This document shows, piece by piece, positions 28,843 through 39,405 of a stretch of 64,000 nt of DNA. The DNA is from the human T2T-CHM13v2.0 reference genome, Homo sapiens: NCBI RefSeq assembly GCF_009914755.1, contig NC_060926.1, one strand, 5' to 3'. The notes beneath the pieces were generated by a model. That model did not search any database and was not told the origin of the DNA. It worked only from the letters and a program-made list of their open reading frames with translations. Made by a program: the position numbers and the translations under genes. Numbering within the stretch: the stretch's first letter is position 1; each line of letters opens with the position of its first letter.

Positions 28843-28926
28843 ATGTGTGTGTGTGTGTACATATATATATATATAAATGTATATATGTGTGTGTGTGTGT
28901 GTGTATATACACACACACACACACAC
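28843..28926. repeat. Compound (TG)/(TA)/(CA) microsatellite
   Basis: Read directly; includes (GT)9-ATAT-(AC)9. Confidence 0.95.
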
Positions 28927-28937
28927 TGTAGAACACA

Positions 28938-29103
28938 TTTTTATTTTTATTTTCTTGACACAGGGTATTGCTCTGTTGCCCAGACTGGAGTGTGGTGGCT
29001 CGATCTTGGTTCACTGCAGCCTCGAACTCCTGGGCTCAAGCAATTCTCCCATCTCAACCTCCCAAAGTGCTGGGATTATAGGCTTGAGCCACTGCACCCA
29101 GCC
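28938..29103 (-). mobile_element. Alu monomer (FRAM/AluJ-like, left-arm 5' end joined to right-arm 3' end)
   Basis: Reverse complement GGCTGGGTGCAGTGGCTCAAGCCTATAATCCCAGCACTTTGGGAGG...GAGGCTGCAGTGAACC...CTGGGCAACAGAGC-tail; followed on + by (AT)n to 29129. Confidence 0.85.
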
Positions 29104-29982
29104 CATATATATATATATATATATATATAGCCTTTATGCTTTTTTTTTCTCTCTTAGGATCTTGTTAAGAAAAGAGTACTTTATTCTTCTCAGTTGACTG
29201 AGTTCTGTTTTCTCCACGTACTTCTGCCTGTCTCTCCTTTCTCTTGCCACCCTGTGCTGCATAAGGGACCTAAAATAATTTCTAATTGCCAGGGATTTCT
29301 TAAAGAAAACAGAGACAGTTACAGACCCTTTTTTGGAGGAAACTCTGTTTTTCCTTATGGAAACTCAAGAGTGTAAACAGACAAGTTCCTCTCAGATCTT
29401 CAACTGCTTGCTTTTGTATCGCATTACCTGATTTCTTTTGAATAAAATAGTTATTACTACAGGGGCTACTGTTACGTATTAAAGTAAAAAAAGGGTGCAG
29501 TTTAAACATATAGAGAAATCTCTGCAGCAAGGTGCACTGTAAAAGCACTACATGGCTTAGTCTCATGACATCTATCTCTGTTTGGAAACCCAGGATTTAG
29601 TGTGGGCTTCACCTAGAGCTCAGAGGTCCGGTTAAAAGAGACTAAATTTAAAACTATCTGAATTATAAAATCTTAGTAGATTTCTATAATTGTATGTTTA
29701 ACTTGGTATTCATTTTTAATACTCATCTAACACACCCAGATTCTCTCTCTCTCTACTTTGAAAAAAAGAGAAAAAACAAACAAACAAACAAAAAATGTCT
29801 GTGAGGACCATATGCTATTACCAGACAAAATTTGGGTTAGAGGCATGTGCTCTAGTGATACCGTACTTCTAATGTTATTTTAATCTATTATATATTTCTA
29901 AAATCATTATCAATTTAAGTTCTCCGGTTGATTAAGAATCTTAAAAGAGGCAAAAAGGTTATTTTTAAAAAGAATATATATT

Positions 29983-30817
29983 TTTAAACCAAAAAGTATC
30001 TTAGACAAGTCTCAATCAATTTAGAGGTTTATTTTGCCAAGGTAATGGACGTGTCTATGACATAGCCTCAGGAGGTCCTGACAACATGTGTCCATAGTGG
30101 TCAGGCTATAGGTTGGTTTTACACATTTTAGGGGAATATAAGACAATCAATACACATAAAATATACATAGATTCGGTCTGAAAGGTGGGACAACCTGAAG
30201 GTCGTAGGAGAGGACCTTCCAGGTCATAGGCAGATTCAAAGACTGAAGACCTGGAATCAATAGAAAGAAATGTCTGGGTTAAGATAGGGGGTTATGGAGA
30301 CCAACGTTTTATCATACAGATGAAGCCTCCAGGTAGCAGGCTTCAGAGCTCTTATCAGACCTAAAAAGTTGACAAACTGTTAGTTAATTCCTTCCTGGAT
30401 CAGAGAATGGCCTGGAAAGGAACATAAATTTTCTACAGAATGTAAATATTCCCCAGAAGAGACAGCTTTGTCGGCCATTTCAAAACATGTCAAAGAAATA
30501 TATTTTGGGAGAAAATACTGTGATTTCTTTCAGGGCCTCCTATCTGTCATGTGATGTTAGCCTAGAGTCAGGATGGAATTCGATGTCTTATTGCAACAAA
30601 AAATCTGTTTCATCAGTCTTTAGATCTCCGTTTTAATCTAAATTCTGGTCAGCTGTGGCTGAATTCCAATGGGACGAGAGTATAAGGAGGCATGTCCGAC
30701 CCTCCCCTCCCCATCATGGCCTGAACTAGATTTTTGGGTTCATTTTGGAATGCTCTTGGCTGAGAGTGGGGGTCCATCAGCTGCTTGGAAGGCTTAGAAT
30801 TTTAATTTTGGTTGACA
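29983..30817 (-). mobile_element. MER4 (D/E-type) ERV1 LTR
   Basis: TAAACCAAAAAGTATCTTAGACAAGTCTCAATCAATTTAGAGGTTTATTTTGCCAAGG ... GGCTTAGAATTTTAATTTTGGTTGACA, reverse complement of the MER4 LTR ends. Confidence 0.88.
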
Positions 30818-32119
30818 GTTTACAGAAATTATTTCTATAAATACCTTATAATAATATGTAATTATTAAATAACCCATTATTTCTCCCATATTAGGAGCAA
30901 TGTAAATTAAATAAGTACATAAAAGTTTGAAGATTTGAAAAATATATTACAAAAGACCGCAATGGCTTGTTTAATTTTATTGAATTTTGTTAAAGAAATA
31001 AAGATTTAAAAGTGGCTTTAAGGATAAAGCCACATACAATTAAAAGTAGAGTTTGTTAATAGGTTAAGCCATACCTTTCTATTTAATTTCATTACTTTTT
31101 TCTTTTTAACTATATGATGAGAAAGTTTATGTAGAATATGAATACTTTTTTTCTCATTAAATTAAAGCAAGAAACTCCTGATTTAATGTAGAATTCTTAG
31201 TTGATTATCATTAGAAATCATATGAAAACCAATTCTATGCTTTGCACACATGTACTATTTGTATCAACTGTAATATTTGTTTATTTTCTAATTTCACTTA
31301 AAATTACCTAGTGCTTAAGGTCAATGATACAAACTCCCTAATTCGGTAATTAAAACCGTCGACCTTGTGTCCATTTTATGCCAGTGTGAAATTCTAGAAT
31401 AAGGTTATAAAAGTTTGCAAATTTTATATGCATATATTTATACTATATACATATAGAAATATATATACACATTTATTATATATACTATATAATATATGTG
31501 ATATATACTTATAAAAATCAAAGTATAAGATGATAACAATAAACATACAAACATATTTAAGAACTTAAAACTATGAACTTAAGGTTATATGTTAATTGAA
31601 GGCCTTAAGGACACATATTGTATAATAACGTGGCTCCAAGAAGAGGACATTTGTGTAATGAAGGCACAAACTCATGGCAGCGTTGATGCCAAGGCACTGC
31701 TAGCTCTGTTGGCTCACCATTGAATGGACTTCCTTGCTTTCATAATTTCAGTTACACTCTGGGCCATGATATGAGGCACCTACTAAAGTGGCCTGGGGAA
31801 ATCCTATTATCTGGTCTCATGTAATTGAGCCACACTGGGCCAAAGTGGTCCTAAATAATTTATACATAATTACAATCATTTCTTACAACAATAGTGAAGT
31901 GGTGATTACTGTTAACATTTAGAAGAGTACATTTTGCAAATTTCAAAGAACTATACAAATATCATGAGGATGATGAAATCAGCATACTAAGAATAAGATG
32001 ACTACAGATCAGACTCAGTGTGTTAGAGTAATATGCCAAAGCTAATACAGGGAGAAGAGAATTAAAATTAGGGTCTGTGTCCCAAACCAGCTCTTTGATA
32101 GTGTTAACAATAGTATCTA

Positions 32120-32332
32120 AACACAGTCATAATGCTTACTTTTTGCCAGAAACAGTTTTAATCTCTACACTCTATATGTATTCATTTAATTGTTGGAAGA
32201 CCATTTTGTCATAATTCTACTATTATGCCTGTTCTACATAGAGAAAACTAAGGCAGAAAAAGTGTCAAGAGCCCAGATCACCCAAATATTGAGAGAGAAA
32301 ATGAGAACTGAAGCTAAATTTTGTTTAGCTCC
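32120..32332 (-). mobile_element. MIR interrupted by THE1B
   Basis: TTCTACATAGAGAAAACTAAGGCAG...GCCCAGATCACCCA; appears to resume as CCAAAAGCCATG after the LTR. Confidence 0.6.
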
Positions 32333-32694
32333 TGATATGGTTTGGCTGTGTCCCCACCCAAATCTCATGTTGAATTGTAGCTCCCATAATTCCCATATGT
32401 TGTGGGAGGGACCCAGTGAAAAATAAGTGAATCACAGGGGTGGTTTCCCCCATACTGTTCTCATGGTAGTTAGTAAGTTTCATGAAATCTGATGGTTTTA
32501 TAAAGGGTTTCCCCTTTTGCTTGGCTCTTGTTCTCTCTTGCCTGCCTACCTGTAATATGTGCTTTTCGCCTTCCACCATGATTGTGAGGCCTCCCCAACC
32601 CCGTGGAACTGCAAGTCCATTAAACCTCTTTTTCTTTATAAATTACCCAGTCTGGGGTATGTCTTTATCAGCAGCATGAGAATGGACTAATACA
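32333..32694 (+). mobile_element. THE1B-like MaLR solo LTR
   Basis: TGATATGGTTTGGCTGTGTCCCCACCCAAATCTCATG...GTCTTTATCAGCAGCATGAGAATGGACTAATACA; TG..CA ends; 5-bp TSD GCTCC/GTTCC. Confidence 0.95.
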
Positions 32695-34767
32695 GTTCCA
32701 AAAGCCATGGTTTTTATTCTACCTACTGTCTCTGGTAGATACATCTGCTTAAACACAGCTCCATATCTTCATTGTGCATTGGGGCTATTGCCTGGTTGTT
32801 AGCAATTCTCTAGTTGAAAAGAAAAATGCAAAGTAGTAAATATTTACTGAGCATTAAAGCATCCAATAAAGTCTCGTGAAGTATAGGAAAGAAAGCCAGC
32901 ACATTGCTTTGCTTCATAGTTCCTGCTTAGTAATTATTTGTTAATTGTTGAACATGCTACTCAATGGACTGATTGCAAAAACACACTTGAAAACGCAAAG
33001 AAAGGTAAGGATAACCTGCCACGCACATTAATGGAGACAAAAATGGTGAAATGAATTCAGATTCTTTCTCTTGAAATACAGCAAAGTTCATTGGAGACAT
33101 ACTGCAACCTATTTACAAGTCTCCGTTTATTAAATGTTGATGTTTTCAGGAATATATCTAAAATATGCATTGGTTTCCTATACTGCAGGCGTGTCCATAA
33201 TCCAATGGTAATACCATTTAAATTTCATACCAACTTCAGATGAAAAGTATGTAAATGCATTCCAAACATACTCAAAAATTAGGAATGTAAGCCTGATTTT
33301 ATCAGCTTCTGACAGTTTAATATGCTGAAAATTGTGGGGTACATTTTCAAAGCGGCATGCTCTAATTTACCCATGCAGCTTATGTTTATTTTAATGGGAT
33401 TTGCACCATGAAATCAGTACAAAACACTTTGAACACTTACCCAACTGTGTCTGCCAAAAGGAAGAGAACATTAATTCAACTAAAAAAGGAAAATAATTAC
33501 TTAACCTTAGCCAAAAGGATGGCCTCCAGTTTTGCTTAATTTCTACGTTCTTATGCTTTAGTAAAATATCACAAGTAGGAACCACTTTAAAAAGATTTTT
33601 TAAAATTTAATTATATATTGAGTGTGTCATGTGCCAAAAGGAGTCTATCTCGGGACATTAAGTAACCAGTATTGATCTATTAAACTATCAATCTTCCTTC
33701 TTTAACAGTCAAGAATTCTAATTAGTCATAATCATGTTAATTGCAATATCAAAAATCCAGTGGCACAAAATTGGGAGAGTTTTACTTCATCAGATGGCCT
33801 CTTTTCTCTAAAATTAACATCCTGTCACAGACAAAATATGTTAATCTACACTGGGTTTTAAAAATGGGTAGGGACACATCTCTAAACTAATGATTCATAA
33901 AATCATTTGCAGCTATTAGCCTATAAGGATAAGTGCTGCTAGCCCTTTTATTTCACTGCTTGGTGTGATACCATCAATTTAAAATCTATCTAGTATGGGA
34001 GATTTATACATATCACATAATTCATTGAGGCCTGTCAGATTTTTAAAATTTGCATAGCCATGTATAAGTGTCACAACATGAAATAACCTTCAGACAGGTA
34101 CTCACTGAAACCTCCCTAAACTACCTGAGTTCAATCAAGAGTCCTATAAAAAGTGAGCGTCAATTGTGCGGCTGAAGAGTTCTGCTTTGCTATATAACTT
34201 TCACCAAATCTGGCCCTTTCAGAGAACGTAGCCACTTTGCAATTTCCAGGCTGAGCAGAAAGAAGAGAGATGTAGTGGGTGGCAGGGAACAGATGTTCTT
34301 CCAGTACATTCTTCGTCAGGAGGCAATGCGATCTCTCTTTGAATTTATCTTGACACTTAGAGAAATGATCATGTCTTTGTACTTTTGTTCCACTCTCTAA
34401 TGAGGATGTGAACATGCTTATAGATTTTAATTCACAAGTCCTTACAACACCTTTCTGTTGAAAGCAAGTGATAAACGTTTTAGTTATTAAAAATTCAGAT
34501 GATTAGAGAGCATATCAAAGGCTATCATGCATATTTATGCCAACAAAACTACAAACAGGTTTTATAACTCTCTGTATGGACATGTAACATGTCATTGAAA
34601 GGTTCTAGGCCTTGGCCATGGGCAATATGAATCAACGTGATTCCATAAAAATTTACTGAACACTTACCATATGCAAGGTCCTCTGCAAAGTGTTAGCATA
34701 TAATTGTTTAATGCAATATATCAAATGCCTAATGCACAATAGTTGTCAATATACATTCACTGTGAGA

Positions 34768-35005
34768 CAAGAGTCTGGCTGGGCCAATGGGTAATTTTGT
34801 GCAAATTAGAAAAATGCACTTCCTACAAGGGACCTACAGTCTTTTGGGCTGGGGATTGGGAAGAGAACAGTGCCTTTTTACCAAACAGAAAAGCCAACCA
34901 CCCTTTCAGTGGACATAGCTCTATTTCAGGGAGTGTGACTTAAGATGCAGCTGTTATTCATTCCCTCTGCCAGCCCCCTCTGCACAACCAGAAGCAATGA
35001 CCCTG
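34768..35005 (-). mobile_element. MER91-family hAT-Tip100 element
   Basis: TTTGTGCAAATTAGAAAAATGCACTTCCT near the left end; TGCACAACC...CCCTG at the right end. Confidence 0.6.
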
Positions 35006-35182
35006 AGTGAGATTTCAGCAGAATGAGCAGGACCACCTAAAGTAGATTAAAACTGAACTTCGGGAATGTGGCTGCGATGGCAACAATAGATAGCCATGGC
35101 AGAGTAATGAAATGCAGGCAGGGTGGAATGGAAGAACGAGGGTAGATGTACAAACTAACCCCAAACAGACATACAGTCTAAG

Positions 35183-35575
35183 AATGGCTACCGTGTACTC
35201 CCACAATCCGGCACTTTGCTAGGCCCCTGACAGTCTTTAAGTTACCATTTGCAGATGAGAATATTGAGGCTTAATGAAAACAGTGAGTTTTCTTATGAAC
35301 ATGGGCTCTGCTCTGGAGGTAGAAAGGGCTGGCCTCCAGGCCTTGCCCTGCCACATATTATGCTGCCTTCACTTTTGTGGAGCTTAGTTTCCTCTGCTGG
35401 TAAAGGAAATAGCATAACAATTGCTAGATTGCTACAAAGACTCCATGAAATAGTAAATGCAGAGGGAATAACACACTTCTCTGGCATATAATAAGGGCTC
35501 ATTTAATAACAGCTATTATGTTCCAAGGTCCTATGGCTAGTAGGAGGCAGAAGGAAGATTCAAATTTTGTCCCTC
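35183..35575. mobile_element. Nested MIRs: plus-strand MIR (~35291-35519) inside a minus-strand MIR
   Basis: CCATTTGCAGATGAGAATATTGAGGCTT | ...CTTAGTTTCCTCTGCTGGTAAAGG...CTGGCATATAATAAGGGCTC | CCAAGGTCCTATGGCTAGTAGGAGGCAG. Confidence 0.65.
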
Positions 35576-36023
35576 AGCAATGCTGGAGACAAGAAGGTTA
35601 GGAAGAAATTTACAGGAATGAAGAACTGAGACAAATGCCATGGAACTGGAAGAAATAGGGTGAAACAGAAGCAAATGACCACAGAATTATGAGGAACTGA
35701 GAAAAACTACTAATCAAACACAGATCTATGATTTTAATTCTGGGTGCTAAGGAAAATTAGAATGTCATTGCCAAAGATGGGAACACAAGGAGAGAATGAC
35801 CTGAGGTGTAAAATGACCATTGTTATGACAAAGGTAACAAGGCTAGAGTAGAGAAAGAGAAGGTAGATGTGAAACAAATGAGATAATATATACATAAAAT
35901 ATAAAATACAATATATACTACATATGTAATATATATAACATATACAACATATATATTCATGTATTTTTGAAATTGCTATTATAGAAAATATATATTTCTA
36001 TATTATTTGAAAACACAATTGTC

Positions 36024-36326
36024 AGCCAGGCACAGTGGCTCACACCTGTAATCCTAGCACTTTGGGAGGCTGAGGGGGGTGGATCACCCGGGGTCAGGAG
36101 TTCAAGACCAGCCTGGCCAACATGCCAAAACCCCGTCTTTACTAAAAATATGAAAATTAGCTGGGCGTGGTAGAAGGTGCCGGTAATCCCAGCTACTCAG
36201 GAGGCTGAGGCAGGAGAATCACTGGAACCCGGGAAGAGAAGGTGAAGGCTGTAGTGAGCCATGATCGTGCCACTGCACTCCAGTCTGGGCGACAGAGCAA
36301 GACTCCATCTCAAAAAAAACAAAAAA
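36024..36326 (+). mobile_element. AluS (Sx/Sz-like)
   Basis: Full dimer with A-tail; degraded TSD CACAATTGTC / CACAGTTGTC. Confidence 0.95.
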
Positions 36327-36425
36327 CCCCACAGTTGTCTATGTTAAGTTTTCTTGTAGAATATGCCTACCTACAGCTAATTGTACATTTTTCAACCTGC
36401 AATTTATGGCAGTGGTCTGCAACAA

Positions 36426-36517
36426 ATACTATATATTTAGTATTATAGATACTATATATTTAGTATTATAGATATTATATATTTAGTATTATAGATATTA
36501 TATATTTAGTACTATAA
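36426..36517. repeat. 23-bp AT-rich minisatellite, 4 copies, degenerating to ~36660
   Basis: ATAYTATATATTTAGTATTATAG-like units start at 36426, 36449, 36472 and 36495. Confidence 0.9.
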
Positions 36518-39219
36518 TTATATATACTCTATATATTTAGTACTATGTAAACTATATATTTATTAGTTATTTACTATATATAACTATATAGTATATATGT
36601 ACTGCATATTTAATACTACATACTATATATTTATATATATTTGGTGCCTATATATATTTAGTGCAGACCACTCGGTTCAAAAATGTACAATTAGCTATAT
36701 GTAGGCACATTCAATAAGGATTAACACGGAAAATTGTGTTTTTCAAATTATATAGGAAGCTAACAAGCCCTTGGAAAACTGACACTAGCAACAGCTTCAT
36801 AACATTCCGGGCATTTTCAGACCGAAAAAAATAAGATGATTAAATGGCAGACAGTTTTCTCTGAAGCCCTATGGATCCTGTTCTATTACCAGTTGATAGT
36901 TTCAACTTACTCTACTTTTATTGGCAGTATACATAATTCATTTTGAATGGGGCAGGAAGCACCCTGTTTTTAAAATGAAATGCCTGTCTGATTTTACAAT
37001 ATTTAATGCAAGCCAAGTTACTTTGAGAAAGAATTCATTATTAATTATTGTATTCATGTAATGATGAATAAAAGAAAAGAATTAATAAATGTGAATCTCA
37101 GCACCACTAAGTTATGATGACTGTAATGCTATATTCATTTTCTTTATTAAAAGGGTTGTTAAAAATAATTTATCAAACTTGCAAAGCTATTTCAATATGA
37201 AAAGCCTAATCTTATTTCTCTAGTTATTCACCTTTCTCAGGCTAGTTTTGGCAAGGTATATCCCAAATTCAAACCATCAAAGTAGAAAAGACACTTTAGG
37301 CTTTGGGGAGAAATGGTCTCCTCCTCTTTCTCTTTATCCTCTCATGAAAAAAAAAAAGAAAAAAAAAAGAAAAAAAACTGCATATTTACAGTATTTCAAC
37401 AAATGAGTTGCCTCAAATAACTGAATAGAAAAAACAGAACAGAAAAAATGCCTAAAATTGGCAATGCTGACATTATGTTCTGAAAGCAGGGGAGAAATTT
37501 TCATTATGAAAATTGTTTGAAGTATTTGTTTTCTTTCCCTTCTCTCTTTTCCTGTCTAAATACTAACATCAACAATAAAAAAATGAATGAGAACATGATT
37601 TCTATTGCTAGAAAAACGAATCAACCATCCTTGCATGTTTTAAGTTTCTGGTTGCAATAAACCAGGATTATTCACATCCTGCTATATTATTTGTAACCCA
37701 ATAAAGTTTTCCAATTTAACATTAATTTTTACACTAATTACAAATATGCAATAGAAGGGTTAATCAAAACATTCTGGAAAACAGCATCCATTAAATCTTT
37801 AAAGAAACCTGACAAGCAGTGTGTCATACTTCTGGCAAGCTTGCTAGTGATTGGCTTCTTACATATTAGGCTGTTATGAAGCTAATAGCACACTAAAAAT
37901 CTTCTCTTCATGTACAAATTAATTACATTTATATGCAATTCACATCACTGTGACTTCCTTTGCATTTAAAAATTTTAGAAGCTTATTTGGAGTTAATTCA
38001 CCTTCTCCGTTAACACATTCACAACTTTGATTATCCATTCTGTAACCTGAAAGCAGAAGGCTGGTCTCTGGCAGCCAACTGCCATCAACATGCAGGAAGT
38101 TGGCAAAAAGCTGAAAGGTTTGGTTAAATATACAGTTTTTGAAATTGCTTGAAAGTTTTATAGAGGGCTACTTTTTTTTTCAAAAATTTCTGTTTTAAAA
38201 CATAGAAAGACTGGACCCCTTGTTATATACTGGTTTGCTTTCCAAGGGAGACATCTGGTCTTCCCACAGTGCTGATGTTTTTGATTGAGTTCTAAAGTTG
38301 GAAAGATGGGATTTTAGACTATTTTTAACATGTTTTCTCTTACCAAAAACAAATAAAGGTGGATAATCACTTTACAAAGTGTCATTAAAATTTGCTTTAG
38401 AAATATTTATTAAAGTTTAAGAATTAGAAGACCTGATTTTTTTTTCTCAGTAATTAGCTTGTCCTTGTCAAAAACAAACACAATGACAAAAATCAGAATA
38501 AAAACTGGTTTAGACCATCCCGACAAAACAAGTTTGCCTCCAGATTTCACATTTCTCTAAAATAAATATAGTAACATGTTAACTCAAGAAATCAAACCCT
38601 AAATAATTATGGTCTTTTAAACTCAGATTATTTTAACTTTTGGAGAAAAGATATGGAATTTTCTTTCCTTTGGGTTTTCAAATATCGAATTTGTTCTCTG
38701 TTCATCTTATAATTGGAAGCAAAATGCTGTAACTCCCTCTTGCAAAAGTTTCTTTTGCTAGGGATCAAATCATTAGCAATATAACATTAAAGGATATTGT
38801 GCCTTTAGCTAAAATTTAGTGTCAAAGTTTCAGATATGTTCACTTGATAATAAAATAACAAGTATTCTATGTTAATGAGCATTTGTATAGGTATACTGAC
38901 ATAGAGAAAAGGGCTTCCTTATCTAGTCATTAGAATTTTCCAAGCAAAAGTGGACTCACCTACAGAATACGAATGGGTTCTCAGTGTACATTACCTATCA
39001 ACACTTGAAGCCAGCCAGAAGGAAAGAATCTATTTATTTTTTCTACCTCTGACAGCTGACAGCTTAAATTTGGCATGTTTACTTTCATGAAGGAAATGGT
39101 TCCAGCTAGGGACAGATCAAGATAAAATTGTCTTTAATTAACTGCTACCCTTTCTTTTCCTAATCTATCTTGAAGTCCAATTTTGGCAGCTTGTTATTCA
39201 ATAAATAGACGGTAGGACT

Positions 39220-39405
39220 CTGTTGGAATAATACAATAGCTTTGCTATCAAACAGACAAGGGTATATTCCCCAATTTTATCACCATCTGGCTCTGTAAGT
39301 GTAAGTTATTTAACTTTACTAAGCCTGATTTCCGCATCAAGTCTACCAATTCCAGATAATGATCCCTACTTCGTTCAATTGTTAGGAGAGTTAAACGGTA
39401 TTTGT
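39220..39405 (+). mobile_element. MIR
   Basis: GCTTTGCTATCAAACAGAC...AAGTTATTTAACTTTACTAAGCCTGATTTCCGCATC...GTTAGGAGAGTTAAA. Confidence 0.6.

Larger units (their letters stand above)
28630..29980 (+). mobile_element. ERV1 (MER4-group) internal-sequence fragment, non-coding
   Basis: AAAATCAGCTTAATTAAAATGTAATATCCAAGA, CTGTCTCTCCTTTCTCTTGCCACCCTG, CTCTGTTTTTCCTTATGGAA...GAGTGTAAACAGACAAGTTCCTCTCAGATCTT match recalled MER4-group internal sequence; strand inferred. Confidence 0.7.
35996..36758. repeat. ~100-bp imperfect inverted repeat flanking an AT-rich spacer; left arm split by an Alu
   Basis: AGCTAATTGTACATTTTT (36375-36392) vs AAAAATGTACAATTAGCT (36679-36696); AGTGGTCTGCA (36411-36421) vs TGCAGACCACT (36662-36672); ATTTGAAAACACAATT vs AATTGTGTTTTTCAAAT. 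Confidence 0.9.
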
